The notes: a model not told the origin generated them from the letters alone. Shown: positions 1 to 10,144, numbered from the stretch's first letter. The stretch: 64,000 nt of DNA from an uncultured Nitrospiraceae bacterium (GCA_963718855.1 CAVRAA010000006.1:214988-278987); one strand, 5' to 3'. Made by a program: numbers and translations.

Positions 1-32
1 GCCCCCTTTATCTTTGAAGAGCGAAAGGGGGC
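1..32. repeat. GC-rich hairpin at window edge (GCCCCCTTT / AAAGGGGGC, 14-nt loop)
   Basis: Bases 1-9 are perfectly complementary to 24-32. A similar CCCCCTT/AAGGGGG hairpin occurs at 25069-25086. Confidence 0.4.
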
Positions 33-66
33 TGCATGAAAACCGTATACAGTATAATTTCTGCTG

Positions 67-456
67 ATGTATAATTATATGCATAGAAATTTTACGGAAT
101 ATATGAGACGATCAACCGTTTTTTTTGCTCTCATCATCGTTTTTGCCGGAGCTGCGGCGGAATATCTTTATGCGGAAACGCCCGCCCGCAAGGAAAGCGT
201 CGAATGTCAGCCTACCTATGGACATTATTGGCGGAGCAGTAAATGGGGTTGGTATGGCGCGAGGAAACAGGTGAAGACGCCTGTCGAGGCAAAACAGATA
301 ATCGAACAGGTTTTTATGCAGAATAATAATATCAAAGTCATAAGAATAACTGAGAGACCTCACTATTTCATTGCCGAAATGATCAACAGAAAAGGCGTTG
401 TCGTTGATTTAATCCTGATCGACAGAAGGACCGGCCGGATCCGGTCGATGTTCTAA
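67..456 (+). CDS. Hypothetical secreted protein (PepSY-like C-terminal half); start codon uncertain
   Basis: 129-aa ORF with a hydrophobic N-terminal signal-like segment (VFFALIIVFAGAAA). No better competing ORF. Confidence 0.5.
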   Translation: MYNYMHRNFTEYMRRSTVFFALIIVFAGAAAEYLYAETPARKESVECQPTYGHYWRSSKWGWYGARKQVKTPVEAKQIIEQVFMQNNNIKVIRITERPHYFIAEMINRKGVVVDLILIDRRTGRIRSMF

Positions 457-483
457 CATACCTGCCTTCGATCAATCTCCGGT

Positions 484-1287
484 CTATTTCAGTCCGAGAA
501 CATCCTGCATGTCATACAAGCCGGAAGGTTTTCCATGAAGCCATTGGGCTGCCCTCAAAGCTCCGCGCGCAAAGGTATCACGGCTGGATGCTTTGTGTAC
601 GATCTCGATCCTCTCCCCGAGTCCGCCGAAAATAACAGTATGTTCGCCGACAATGTCGCCGGCGCGGATTGTCTGGATGCCTATCTCCTTCGGTTTCCTC
701 TCGCCGATTATCCCTTTCCTCGCATAGACGGCAACTTCATCAAGGTTTCTGTCCACAGCGTCTGCAATGACCTGGGCCATTTTTAGTGCAGTGCCGCTCG
801 GAGCATCCTTCTTCATCCTGTGATGCGCTTCGATGATTTCAATATCATATCCATCGCCAAGGACCCTTGTTATATCCTGTAATACCTTCAAAAGCAGATT
901 TACCCCTGTGCTCATATTCGATGCCATTACGCAGGGGATTTTTTTTGTCAGGCCGGTGATTTCCTCTACATCATCTTTTGTAAATCCTGTTGTGCCTATC
1001 ACAATTGCCTTGCCTTTGCCTGATGCCAGCCGGAGATGCTCCTTCGATGCCTCTACCGTTGTGAAGGAAATGATCAGGTCGACAGTATCGATGACCGATT
1101 CCAGGTCATCGGCAAGAAGAACGCCGGTATCACCGATACCGATCAGCGGTCCGATGTCCTTTCCGATGTCTTTATGTCCTTTTCGCTCAAAAGCTCCTGT
1201 TAACTGAAGCCCTTCATATTCTCTTGAGAGTGCAGCTATTCTGCTTCCCATTCTGCCTGTTGCACCGGCAACCGCTATCCTGATCAT
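484..1287 (-). CDS. dapB: 4-hydroxy-tetrahydrodipicolinate reductase
   Basis: MIRIAVAGATGRMG Rossmann motif and the DapB hallmark EAHHRMKKDAPSGTA. I chose the internal ATG at 1287, preceded by AAAGGAGG. The 26 upstream codons of the track ORF were rejected. Confidence 0.9.
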   Translation of the reverse strand: MIRIAVAGATGRMGSRIAALSREYEGLQLTGAFERKGHKDIGKDIGPLIGIGDTGVLLADDLESVIDTVDLIISFTTVEASKEHLRLASGKGKAIVIGTTGFTKDDVEEITGLTKKIPCVMASNMSTGVNLLLKVLQDITRVLGDGYDIEIIEAHHRMKKDAPSGTALKMAQVIADAVDRNLDEVAVYARKGIIGERKPKEIGIQTIRAGDIVGEHTVIFGGLGERIEIVHKASSRDTFARGALRAAQWLHGKPSGLYDMQDVLGLK

Positions 1288-1374
1288 TAGAGCCTCCTTT
1301 GAAAGGCGCAGAGAATAGGGCAGGGAACAGTGAGCAAGATGCATTTGACCCTGTGCTCTGTGCATTCAGTTTTG

Positions 1375-1551
1375 TTACGGGTGTTCACTGTTTTCCTTGT
1401 CATCCCCCGCTGTTTCTTCGCCTTCTATTTTATACTCATCCGAGACCCATTTGCCAAGGTCAATGAGTTTGCACCTCTCGGAACAAAAAGGTCTCCAGGG
1501 ATTTTCCTCCCATGTAGTTTTGCTCTTGCAGATCGGACAAAATATGATCAT
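1375..1551 (-). CDS. yacG: DNA gyrase inhibitor YacG-like zinc-ribbon protein (58 aa, below the ORF-track cutoff)
   Basis: Hand translation gives [46 protein letters not shown]... This matches the YacG pattern CPxC...RPFCSxRCxLIDLGxW. Confidence 0.8.
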   Translation of the reverse strand: MIIFCPICKSKTTWEENPWRPFCSERCKLIDLGKWVSDEYKIEGEETAGDDKENSEHP

Positions 1552-1569
1552 CGTATTTGAATGTGCCTC

Positions 1570-2100
1570 CTATCCGCTGACATTCTGAGTCTTTTTCAAG
1601 GATTTTTTCAAGTTCCTGATCAGAAGTTCAGATACAATGCCGTTTACCGCACCCGTCAACGTCCCGATGAGGACAATGAAGGGAGTTATGAGAAGCATCG
1701 GTTCAATGTTTTGTATGAACAGAAAATACGCGACAGAGAGCTGGGCAATATTATGAAAGAGTGCGCCGATAATGCTCAATCCAAGAGCGCTGAAAAGTCC
1801 TGGAGCCGCAGCATACATAAGCCCCATGGCCAGTGTTCCCGCAAGGCCACCGCCGAGGCTGAGGAAGAAAGCGGGGCCGAGAAATGTGCCTGCGAATAGT
1901 GATCCAAGCATTATGCGTATCAATGTTACCATCATGGCAGCACGAAATCCGTAGAGAAGGAGAGTCGTAAGCGTGATGATATTCGCAAGCCCGAGGCGCA
2001 GCCACGGGAGAGGTGTCGGCAGCAGGCCTTCGAAGCCGTGCAGTGCCAGAGCGTACGCGGAAAGCACCGCGATACGGTACTTATCCTGTAATTGCATCAA
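1570..2100 (-). CDS. Gx transporter family membrane protein (heptaprenyl diphosphate synthase component I-like)
   Basis: 176-aa polytopic Gly-rich membrane protein. It overlaps the upstream NusG_II gene by 20 nt, in the typical ApbE/NusG_II/Gx arrangement. Confidence 0.65.
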   Translation of the reverse strand: MMQLQDKYRIAVLSAYALALHGFEGLLPTPLPWLRLGLANIITLTTLLLYGFRAAMMVTLIRIMLGSLFAGTFLGPAFFLSLGGGLAGTLAMGLMYAAAPGLFSALGLSIIGALFHNIAQLSVAYFLFIQNIEPMLLITPFIVLIGTLTGAVNGIVSELLIRNLKKSLKKTQNVSG

Positions 2101-2470
2101 CTGTTCCGCGTTGCCGAGGCTGCCCTTCTATGGTTACGATAATTCTGTTCGGCAGGCAGATGATCGTTCCCTGTTGAGTCCAGCCCTGGTGGACGCACAG
2201 CTTGTTATTGCAGGGAGATTCCGTTATGCGTACCTTATGGTCCTTTATCTCGATCTGTGTTTTTCCCATGGGACCTTCGACGGATACGGAGTTATTGCGG
2301 TCAATCGGCAGAATATACACAGGCTTTCCGTCCATTTCGATCCGCACGGTTTGTCCCTGTGATACAACCTTATGAATCATAAACATCCCTGACAAGGATG
2401 CGAGCATAAGCAGGGAAAAGAGGACTGCATCGGCAATCGTAGTGTTATGAAACAGGCTTTTTAATTGCAA
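2081..2470 (-). CDS. NusG domain II-containing protein (DUF1312-like), N-terminal TM anchor
   Basis: 129 aa with a TM helix, then a beta-rich domain with CNNKLCVHQGW...IICLPNRI, characteristic of this family. Overlaps apbE by 26 nt. Confidence 0.65.
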   Translation of the reverse strand: MQLKSLFHNTTIADAVLFSLLMLASLSGMFMIHKVVSQGQTVRIEMDGKPVYILPIDRNNSVSVEGPMGKTQIEIKDHKVRITESPCNNKLCVHQGWTQQGTIICLPNRIIVTIEGQPRQRGTVDAITG

Positions 2471-3500
2471 CTTTTTCTCTCATCCCTGCTGTGAAATGCA
2501 TTTTCCCCTCGCTGTCAATGATGAGGCCGTCGAATCCCGCTGCATTGAGAACCTTTACCCCTTTTTCAGGTCCGAGAACAAAAACGGCGGTTGCAAAAGA
2601 ATCGGCAAAGGCGGCCTCGTTTGTGATAACGGTTACGCTGCGGCATCCTGATGCAGGGAATCCGGTTTTGGGATCAAGGAGGTGATGATATCGTACTCCG
2701 CCGACCAGGTAAAAACGTTCGTAGTCACCGGAGGTAGAAATTGCCATATCGCTGAGAGGCAGGGTTGCCATGATATCGTCATCCTGATCCGTACCCCGCG
2801 GATTCCGGATGCCTATTTGCCATGGTATTCCGTCCGGCTTTCGACCAAACGCCTTTATATCTCCTGCAATTGCGACGAGGCCCGAAGCTATCCCCTGTTT
2901 CTTTAATATCCCGACGGCCTTATCAGCAGCATATCCTTTTGCAATTCCTCCCGCATCGATAATCATGCCCTTCTTTTTGAGAAAAATAGTGGATGCTGAT
3001 CTGTCGATGCGCACATCCCTGAAATTCACCAGAGAGATGTTTTCGAGCAGGGTAATCTCTTCAGGTCTTACCTTTTTATGAAAATCATAGAGTCCTGATA
3101 CGGCCCCAATTGCTATGTCAAATGCGCCGTCGGTCATTTCAGAGACGGAGAGGGCTTTGCCAAGCAGTTCAAGGACTTCCGGGGAAACCTTGGTTGCGGC
3201 TAACCCGGCATTTTTATTTATGCGGGATAGTTCGCTGTCCACCGCATAGAAATTCGTCAAGGATGCAATTTTCTCTATTTCAGAGAAAGCTGCATCAATC
3301 GCCTTTTCTGCGCTGTCCCCGGAGGCGGATACAACAGTGACGGTGACCTGTGTATCCATCAATATTCTGCTTTTTTGGAACATTTTTACCTTCTGTGGAG
3401 CACACGCACAGACGGTAAAAAATAGACAGCAGAAGGTAGCCAGTAGACGAGACAGGACAACTGTTAACTTTTCACTTTTTACTTTTAACTGTTCGTTCAC
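2445..3500 (-). CDS. apbE: FAD:protein FMN transferase ApbE (probable lipoprotein)
   Basis: 351 aa with a signal/lipobox-like N-terminus (FFTVCACA) and ApbE motifs (MDTQVTV..., [28 protein letters not shown]). 4-nt overlap with the uvrA stop. Confidence 0.85.
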   Translation of the reverse strand: MNEQLKVKSEKLTVVLSRLLATFCCLFFTVCACAPQKVKMFQKSRILMDTQVTVTVVSASGDSAEKAIDAAFSEIEKIASLTNFYAVDSELSRINKNAGLAATKVSPEVLELLGKALSVSEMTDGAFDIAIGAVSGLYDFHKKVRPEEITLLENISLVNFRDVRIDRSASTIFLKKKGMIIDAGGIAKGYAADKAVGILKKQGIASGLVAIAGDIKAFGRKPDGIPWQIGIRNPRGTDQDDDIMATLPLSDMAISTSGDYERFYLVGGVRYHHLLDPKTGFPASGCRSVTVITNEAAFADSFATAVFVLGPEKGVKVLNAAGFDGLIIDSEGKMHFTAGMREKVAIKKPVS

Positions 3501-6016
3501 GCTGCTCCCACCGGGCTGGTCCCTCTGAGTTTGTCTTTCAGGAACTTTCCGGTATAGGACATCGGATTTTTGATGATCTCTTCCGGCGTGCCCTCCGCAA
3601 TAACCCTGCCGCCTTCGTCTCCTCCTTCAGGCCCGAGATCGATGACATAGTCCGCGGATTTCATGACGTCAAGGTTATGTTCGATGACAATGACCGTGTT
3701 GCCGGAATCGACAAGGCTGCTGATCACATTCAGCAATTTCTGTATGTCGGCGAAATGCAGCCCTGTTGTTGGTTCGTCGAGAATATACAGGGTATTTCCT
3801 GTCGCTTTTTTGGCGAGTTCCTTCGAAAGTTTCACCCTTTGTGCCTCGCCGCCCGATAACGTGGAGGCAGGCTGCCCCAACTGGAGATAGCCAAGTCCAA
3901 CGTCCTCAAGGATTTCAAGCTTGTGACGTATCGAAGGAATTGCCGCAAAGAACTGGAGTGCTTCTGATATCGTCATGTCAAGGACGCCGGCAATATTCTT
4001 TCCTTTGTATACGATATCGAGCGTCTCCCTGTTGTAGCGTTTTCCCTTGCACACATCGCACGGGATATAGACATCGGGGAGAAAATGCATCGCAACCTTT
4101 ATAAGCCCGTCTCCCCCGCAGGAATCACACCGTCCGCCTGAAATATTGAAGCTGAACCTGGAGGCGGAATATCCACGTATTTTCGCGTCGGAAACCTGTG
4201 AAAAAAGATTTCTTACAAATGAAAAGATACCCGTATAGGTTGCGGGATTCGATCTGGGTGTTTTTCCCAAAGGCGACTGATCAACGTTGATGATACGATC
4301 TATCCTGTCGGCTCCCGCTATTCCCTTATGTCTGCCGGGTGTGATCCTGCCCCCATAGAGTTTTTTAACAAGAGTTTTGTACAAGACCTCTACGACGAGG
4401 GTGCTTTTCCCGGAGCCTGAAACCCCTGTCACGCAGGTGAAAGCTCCGACCGGAATATCGACGTCGATATTTTTGAGATTGAATTCCTGCGCACCGATAA
4501 TCCGAATAAAATCATTCGGCTTTCTTCTCGCAGAAGGAATATCGATGGACAGAGTCCCGTTCAGGTATTTCCCCGTGAGAGAGTTCTTATTCCCGGCGAT
4601 CTCTCCGGGTGTGCCCGAAGCAGTAACCCAACCGCCGCGCATTCCCGCTCCGGGGCCCATATCAATGACATGGTCAGCCCACCGGATCGTTTCTTCATCA
4701 TGCTCTACGACAATAATGGTATTGCCCGCCTCTTTCATGGAGGAAAGACTTTTAAGGAGCTTGCTGCAGTCCTTCGGATGCATACCGATACTCGGCTCAT
4801 CGAGTATATAGAGGACCCCGGTGAGAGAAGAGCCGAGTTGCGTTGCAATGCGTATTCGCTGGGCTTCACCTCCGGAAAGCGTTAACGATGATCGGTCGAG
4901 CGTCAGGTATCCGAGTCCGACACTGTTGAGGAAAATGAGCCTGTCCCGTACCTCTTTCAGTACGCGTGAGGCGATGGTCATCTCTCTGTCGGTGAGGCTC
5001 AGGGTATTGATGAACAGCAGCGCGTCCTTTACCGGCATCCGTGCGAATTCACCGATATTGGTATCCTGTATCGTAATGCTCAATGCTTCTCTGCGAAGCC
5101 TCAAACCATTACAGCTTTTGCAGTAGGTGCGATCTTCGATTTCTACAGAATCTTCATCGATATTCAGAAACCCGAGACCGTTACATGACGGACAGGCCCC
5201 CTGTTTACTGTTGAACGAAAAAAACATGGGATTGATATCAGGATAGCTGATGCCGCAGGCGTGGCACACAGCGGTTTTTGAAAATATGATGTCCCTTTTC
5301 TCTGACAGGAGATTGATCGTCACGATATCGGAATACCCAAGGGCGGTTTCAATCGCCTCTTTCAATTGCCGCTCTACTCCGGGTTTTATGATCAGCCTGT
5401 CAATAACGATCTCGATGGTATGGCGCTTCTGTTTTTTAAGGCTGATGTCGTGCGTCAGGTCTGTCATCTCGCCGTCGATCCTTGCGCGTATGAATCCCTC
5501 ACGCCGCATCTCCTGCAATTCTTTTTTATACTCTCCCTTCCTGTCCCTGACAATCGGGGCGAGGACCTGTATCCTGTTTCCGTCCGGAAGGGACATGACG
5601 GAATGGATGATATTCTGCGAATCCTGCTTCGATATGGGAGCGCCGCATTTATAGCAGAATTGCCTGCCGATACGCGTATACAGTACGCGCATATAATCGT
5701 AAATCTCGGTTATGGTCCCCACTGTGGAACGGGGGTTTCTGTTGACTGTCTTCTGGTCGATCGCAATGGAGGGAGAAAGACCCTCTATATAATCGACATC
5801 AGGCTTGCGGAGCTGCTCGATGAACTGCCGCGCATAGGCGGAGAGGCTCTCAACGTAACGCCGTTGCCCCTCGGCATAAATGGTATCGATTGCGAGAGAT
5901 GATTTACCGGAACCCGAAGGCCCCGTGATAACCGTTACCGCCTCCCTCGGAATTGTGAGGTCGATGTTCTTCAGGTTATGTTCTCTGGCTCCCTTTATAA
6001 CAATAACGTTCTGCAT
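3497..6016 (-). CDS. uvrA: Excinuclease ABC subunit A, short form (839 aa) lacking the insertion domain
   Basis: N-terminus [20 protein letters not shown]...[11 protein letters not shown], both ABC modules, LSGGEAQR twice, and the zinc modules. Only 15 residues lie between CPSCNGLG and [12 protein letters not shown]. Confidence 0.9.
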   Translation of the reverse strand: MQNVIVIKGAREHNLKNIDLTIPREAVTVITGPSGSGKSSLAIDTIYAEGQRRYVESLSAYARQFIEQLRKPDVDYIEGLSPSIAIDQKTVNRNPRSTVGTITEIYDYMRVLYTRIGRQFCYKCGAPISKQDSQNIIHSVMSLPDGNRIQVLAPIVRDRKGEYKKELQEMRREGFIRARIDGEMTDLTHDISLKKQKRHTIEIVIDRLIIKPGVERQLKEAIETALGYSDIVTINLLSEKRDIIFSKTAVCHACGISYPDINPMFFSFNSKQGACPSCNGLGFLNIDEDSVEIEDRTYCKSCNGLRLRREALSITIQDTNIGEFARMPVKDALLFINTLSLTDREMTIASRVLKEVRDRLIFLNSVGLGYLTLDRSSLTLSGGEAQRIRIATQLGSSLTGVLYILDEPSIGMHPKDCSKLLKSLSSMKEAGNTIIVVEHDEETIRWADHVIDMGPGAGMRGGWVTASGTPGEIAGNKNSLTGKYLNGTLSIDIPSARRKPNDFIRIIGAQEFNLKNIDVDIPVGAFTCVTGVSGSGKSTLVVEVLYKTLVKKLYGGRITPGRHKGIAGADRIDRIINVDQSPLGKTPRSNPATYTGIFSFVRNLFSQVSDAKIRGYSASRFSFNISGGRCDSCGGDGLIKVAMHFLPDVYIPCDVCKGKRYNRETLDIVYKGKNIAGVLDMTISEALQFFAAIPSIRHKLEILEDVGLGYLQLGQPASTLSGGEAQRVKLSKELAKKATGNTLYILDEPTTGLHFADIQKLLNVISSLVDSGNTVIVIEHNLDVMKSADYVIDLGPEGGDEGGRVIAEGTPEEIIKNPMSYTGKFLKDKLRGTSPVGAA

Positions 6017-6164
6017 TGGGTGTTATTCACTATAACCGAAAGAACGGAGAGAAGTTAAGCTGAAGAGTCGCTGTTTCCTCCTCTGATCATCCCGTTGGGA
6101 AGTCTGCTCTCGTTAGATTTGTTTCGTATCGCATCATTTTAAAGAATGATGTAAACTATACCGT

Positions 6165-6536
6165 ATGAAAAAGATTATTTTCCTCATGACAATTATTCTG
6201 CTGTTGCCGGTGCTTTCGTATGCCCAGCCGTCGATTGTTTTTGATTCTGAAGAGCACGATTTCGGGACCGTGGCGCCGGTGGAGACCATTGAACATGTTT
6301 TTGAGTTCACGAATGCGGGAGATCAGGATCTCCTTATCCAACAACTCGGCTCATCCTGAGGATGTGCAGCTGCGATGGCCAGTTCGAGCCATCTGAAACC
6401 CGGGGAGAAGGGAAGGATTACTGCAAAGATCGATATGAGGGGAAGGAGAGGCGCACTCCTCAAAACTGTGCAGGTATCTTCGAACGATCCCAAAAGACCT
6501 TCTGTTGTCCTTTCACTGAGAGCGACGATACAATAA
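6165..6536 (+). CDS. Secreted DUF1573-like protein with in-frame TGA (6357-6359) at the first Cys of the SCGC motif; candidate selenoprotein
   Basis: Signal peptide MKKIIFLMTIILLLPVLSYA, then HDFGTV...FEFTNAGDQDLLI..LGSS-[TGA]-GCAAA...KPGEKGRITAKID...VSSNDPKRPSVVLSL. The same frame stays open from 6360 to TAA at 6534-6536. Confidence 0.6.
6374..6393 (+). promoter_or_regulatory. SECIS-like hairpin (GATGGC / GCCATC, 8-nt loop) starting 14 nt after TGA 6357
   Basis: Perfect 6-bp stem read directly. The loop starts 21 nt after the TGA, within the range I recall for bacterial SECIS elements. Confidence 0.45.
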
Positions 6537-6729
6537 TAGTATTGTCTGTTGAGGCTTTCGCAAAAGTCATGTTCTGTATCCGCAGGCTTTGACTGCAAGG
6601 CACCGAACAAGAAAACACGCAAACTAAAGTTTGCGGCTACATAATGATTTCAAAACTTTTTGCAAAAACCTCTTCGGTCGATCAATCATTGGCATCTGCA
6701 AGCAGATATCAGAAGCAGAGGAGAACCTT

Positions 6730-6978
6730 ATGCTGAAGGAAAGTTGTCCGGGGAGCAGGGAAATCAGAACTCCTTATCCCGAAGAGATACAATGTTTCTG
6801 GTGTGATGCACTCTCAGAGATTTGGTCCGACGAGGCGGAGACCGTTTGCAGGGGATGCGGAAGGCAGATAGCGCGGGAGATGAAGCCGACGTGTATCGAA
6901 TGGTGCCCTGCAGCGAAAGAGTGCATCGGCGCCGGGAAATACGAGAGGCTCATGAAACAGAAGAAGAAAAAGATATGA
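6730..6978 (+). CDS. Small Cys-rich zinc-ribbon-like hypothetical protein (82 aa)
   Basis: ATG at 6730 preceded by GAGGAG. Cys pairs (CFWC, CRGC, CIEWC...C). The upstream part of the track ORF was rejected. Confidence 0.5.
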   Translation: MLKESCPGSREIRTPYPEEIQCFWCDALSEIWSDEAETVCRGCGRQIAREMKPTCIEWCPAAKECIGAGKYERLMKQKKKKI

Positions 6979-7004
6979 TCCCCGGTGTGATAAAACATTC
7001 CAGG

Positions 7005-7481
7005 TTAATCGCGGTCTCCCTGCGGACAGACGCGCCGGTATAAATCCTCGTGGGGCGTGTCAGGAGGTATTGGTTTCCACTGCGCGCTCTCTTTGTAGCT
7101 GTAATCGATTAGTGCCCCCCTGGAGTCATAGAAGGAAATCGATTTGACCTGAACCTGTCTGCTTCTGCAATTAAGTTCGATCAGGTGAAGAGACTCATAT
7201 ACGTCAGAATATTTCCCTCCAAGCCTCTCTGCCATACTGAATGAAGTGTCCTTATCAAAGACAATTTTTTGCCACAGGCTGATGGTCCCTTTATAGGGAG
7301 CCAATGGATAGGCAATGCTCTCGCTGTCATAATAATAATTGTCTTTATATGTGGTGAAATATCGCCAATCCCCGCCCTGTGCGGTATCGGCACTCAAAAA
7401 AAGGACAAAAAAGAAGAGAGGAACAAAGAGGGCGTGTTTCAAAGATGCATTCACTGGATAATTTCGATGGTCTTTGTGCAT
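7005..7481 (-). CDS. Hypothetical secreted protein
   Basis: 158 aa with a hydrophobic signal-like segment (LFVPLFFFVLFLSADTAQG). No recognisable catalytic motif. Confidence 0.5.
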   Translation of the reverse strand: MHKDHRNYPVNASLKHALFVPLFFFVLFLSADTAQGGDWRYFTTYKDNYYYDSESIAYPLAPYKGTISLWQKIVFDKDTSFSMAERLGGKYSDVYESLHLIELNCRSRQVQVKSISFYDSRGALIDYSYKESAQWKPIPPDTPHEDLYRRVCPQGDRD

Positions 7482-7854
7482 TTTCCGATGCCCGGAAAAA
7501 TCGACTTGACCGTTACGGCATGGATATAAGAGCTGTCAGGTATCCATACAACTGTTCTGTGATACTCTGTTCCCACTCCCCCCTCATGGTTGAAATGTCC
7601 ATTAAAGGACTGCGAAATGGCATACAGACGCGGATCAGAGGAATGGTACTGGATTGTTGTCTTGAACATGATATTTTTCGGTCTTTTGACAGGTACGGCG
7701 GCAACCAGAAAGACAATATCCGAGGACATTGCAGAGGAAATCTCATTACCGTGCCAGTCGACGACCGAACAGGCCAACTCTGCTCCCGCGCTTTCAGAGA
7801 GAGGAAGAGGAAGAAGGCAAGGACGTAAACAGGAAAAAGCATTGTTCTTTTCAT
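7451..7854 (-). pseudogene. Hypothetical secreted protein, signal peptide and body in different frames
   Basis: MKRTMLFPVYVLAFFLFLSL lies in one frame (ORF 7513..7872). The plausible continuation SESAGAELACSVVDWHGNE... is in the frame of ORF 7451..7777. The switch is near the CT-rich run at about 7785-7800. Confidence 0.3.
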
Positions 7855-7892
7855 GTCACCTATTAGGCTCATAAGCCGATAAAAAAATGGTA

Positions 7893-7969
7893 TGGCGGGG
7901 TGGACGGGACTTGAACCCGCGACCTCTGGCTTGACAGGCCAGCGTTCTAACCAGCTGAACTACCACCCC
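7893..7969 (-). tRNA. tRNA-Asp (GTC), CCA encoded
   Basis: Hand-folded cloverleaf: acceptor GGGGTGG/CCACCCC, D arm GTTC..GAAC, anticodon stem CTGGC/GCCAG with loop CTGTCAA, T arm GCGGG-TTCAAGT-CCCGT. Confidence 0.9.
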
Positions 7970-8034
7970 GTGGAAAATGTATTGAACAACTCTGACCTTT
8001 TAATTAATTCCGGTTTTGCCTGTGCAAAAGCGGA

Positions 8035-8110
8035 TGGTAGGCGGAACAGGGCTTGAACCTGTGACCCCAGCCTTGTAAGGGCTGTGCTCTCCCAACTGAG
8101 CTATCCGCCC
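8035..8110 (-). tRNA. tRNA-Val (TAC), CCA encoded
   Basis: Hand-folded: acceptor GGGCGGA/TCCGCCT, anticodon stem CAGCC/GGCTG with loop CTTACAA, T arm ACAGG-TTCAAGC-CCTGT. Confidence 0.9.
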
Positions 8111-8180
8111 AGGAAGTAATTTTATACTACATAAAAACGTCTTTTGTCAATTGCATACAGCGGAGACTTCTGCGATGGAC

Positions 8181-8495
8181 CTATTTTTTGAGAGAAACTT
8201 CGCCGGTCTCAGGGTTGTAATTGTATTTTGAAAAATCGACTTTACCGCCAATGAAATCACCCACATCCTCAAGGACGGCAGGGTATTGATCGTTGGCTGC
8301 CCGATAGGCCTGAACAGCTTTTTTCACCGCATCGAGGTTTGCTGCTTCTCCTGCCAGTTTTGCGCTTGCATGAGCACCAAGCAACGCATCGCTGTATTCC
8401 GATACCGGATTTTTTGGTTTCTCATCGCACGCAATTATCAGAAAGCTGCACAGAACCAATGCACAGCCCAAACGTCCGAAATTCCTCATGTTCAT
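8181..8495 (-). CDS. Hypothetical lipoprotein
   Basis: 104 aa with signal peptide and lipobox LIIAC. Confidence 0.55.
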   Translation of the reverse strand: MNMRNFGRLGCALVLCSFLIIACDEKPKNPVSEYSDALLGAHASAKLAGEAANLDAVKKAVQAYRAANDQYPAVLEDVGDFIGGKVDFSKYNYNPETGEVSLKK

Positions 8496-8646
8496 GAGAT
8501 TATTTTAATGAATGGTATTCTCTTAGTCAAATACTGCCGTCGGAAAAATAATATTCTGCATCCTCAAAACCCTATTTGAAAAATAACGTTTTTTCATTAA
8601 TAATAAAAAAAGGTCTTAGTGCGCACAGGAGACAGAATACACGATT

Positions 8647-10113
8647 ATGAAAGATTACAAAAAGAATATATCCCCGTTCTTCCTGATGGAACGCTATATG
8701 AGAGTCGCAGCAATTCTATGGACTCTTATTATTGCCGCTTCGCTGTCATGGAGCATTGTCCGGATACAAAAGGAGACCCTGGAAGGCGCCCGTATTCAGG
8801 CGCATATCAGTTATGTAAAGGATATCGTATACCGCCGATGGAATGCGGGACACGGAGGAGTCTACGTGCCGGTAAGCGAAGAAACCCCTCCCAACCCTTA
8901 CCTGGCAGAAATGCCTGAACGTGATATAACAACCCAGTCGGGCAAACATCTGACGTTAATTAATCCTGCTTATATGACCCGTCAGGTGTACGGGATGATG
9001 GCGGAGGAATATAACGTTTACGGGCACATCACAAGCCTGAATCCGATCCGTGCAGAAAATGCTGCTGATCCCTGGGAGGCTGAAGCGCTGCGTGCATTCG
9101 AACAGGGGGAGAAGGAGGTCAATGCGATGTCCAGAATAAACGGGAAGGAATATTTTCGCTTAATGCATTCTTTTGTTACAGAGGAGGGTTGTCTGAGATG
9201 CCATGCCAAACAGGGATACCGGGTGGGCGACGTGCGTGGAGGAATCAGTGTTTCGGTGCCAATGGAACCGTTGCTTTCCATGGAGCGACGGAACATACTG
9301 ACATTTTCCGTAGCCCATGGTCTGTTTTGGATAGCAGGACTGGCCGGGATAGGCATGAGCAGGCAGCGGATACGAAAGAGCGAGAAGGAGCGGCTGCAGG
9401 CAGAGGAAGAATTGAGGAAAACGTCGGATGATCTGGCACGTTCCAATGCCGAGTTGAAGCAGTTTGCGTACGTTGCCTCACATGATCTCCAGGAGCCACT
9501 CCGCGTAATTGCGGGCTTTGTAAAGCTGCTGGAGAAGCGCTATAAAGGCAGGCTCGACAACGATGCCGACGGTTTTATCACGCATACTGTTGACGGGGTA
9601 AAACGGATGCAGGCGCTCATTCAGGATCTGCTGGAATATTCACAGGTTGGCACAAAAAAGCGAGAATATAACCATACAGACAGCGCTTTCATTGTGCAGC
9701 AGGTGATGTTTAACCTGAAGTCTGCCATAGAAGAAACTCATGCACTTATAACCTTTGACAATTTGCCCGTTGTTATGGCGGACGACACACAAATGGTAAG
9801 ATTGTTTCAGAATCTCATAGGCAATGCCATTAAATTCAGGGGCAGTGAAGCGCCGATAGTTCATATAGCTGCCGATAAGAGAGAAAATGAATGGGTTTTC
9901 ACTGTGAGCGATAACGGCATCGGAATAGAGCCGGAGCATGCGAAGAAAATATTTGTCATTTTCCAGCGTCTGCAAAAAAGGGATAAGTATCCCGGCACGG
10001 GCATCGGCCTGGCTATCTGCAAGAAAATTGTAGAACACCATGGGGGGCGCATATGGGTTGAGTCAGAGCCGGGGAAAGGCGCGACGTTTTACTTTACGCT
10101 TCCAGGTATATGA
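8647..10113 (+). CDS. Sensor histidine kinase with DUF3365/Tll0287-like heme-c sensor domain
   Basis: N-terminal TM, CLRCH (9190-9204) followed by GDVRGGISVSVP, a second TM, the HisKA H-box ASHDLQEPLR, and HATPase N/G boxes (NAIKF, DNGIGI, GTGIGLAICKK). Confidence 0.85.
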   Translation: MKDYKKNISPFFLMERYMRVAAILWTLIIAASLSWSIVRIQKETLEGARIQAHISYVKDIVYRRWNAGHGGVYVPVSEETPPNPYLAEMPERDITTQSGKHLTLINPAYMTRQVYGMMAEEYNVYGHITSLNPIRAENAADPWEAEALRAFEQGEKEVNAMSRINGKEYFRLMHSFVTEEGCLRCHAKQGYRVGDVRGGISVSVPMEPLLSMERRNILTFSVAHGLFWIAGLAGIGMSRQRIRKSEKERLQAEEELRKTSDDLARSNAELKQFAYVASHDLQEPLRVIAGFVKLLEKRYKGRLDNDADGFITHTVDGVKRMQALIQDLLEYSQVGTKKREYNHTDSAFIVQQVMFNLKSAIEETHALITFDNLPVVMADDTQMVRLFQNLIGNAIKFRGSEAPIVHIAADKRENEWVFTVSDNGIGIEPEHAKKIFVIFQRLQKRDKYPGTGIGLAICKKIVEHHGGRIWVESEPGKGATFYFTLPGI

Positions 10114-10144
10114 CGAATTTCAACTTCTGGTATTCTAAATAGTT

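Noticed and set aside
2081-2101. The C-terminal ...VDAITG of the NusG_II protein resembles the ApbE flavinylation motif D-x-[IV]-[ST]-G-A-[TS], next to apbE.
   Set aside because: The protein ends at Gly, so the acceptor Thr/Ser of the motif is missing. The downstream frame gives the start of the Gx protein, not A-T. This is probably coincidence.
6362-6592. Track ORF in an alternative frame just after the TGA at 6357 (MCSCDGQFEPSETRGEGK...).
   Set aside because: The zero-frame continuation after the TGA reproduces the conserved DUF1573 C-terminal half, whereas this frame gives an Arg/Cys/Glu-rich sequence with no family resemblance.
6618-6635. Hairpins CGCAAAC-TAAA-GTTTGCG (6618-6635) and CGCAGGC-TTCA-GCCTGCG (about 57056-57073), considered as intrinsic terminators.
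   Set aside because: Neither is followed by a U-run. They may be REP-like palindromes. I did not report them as terminators.
9433-9450. Sigma54-like TGGCAC-N5-AATGC.
   Set aside because: It lies inside the coding sequence of the DUF3365 kinase, the -12 element is imperfect, and no downstream gene start is present.
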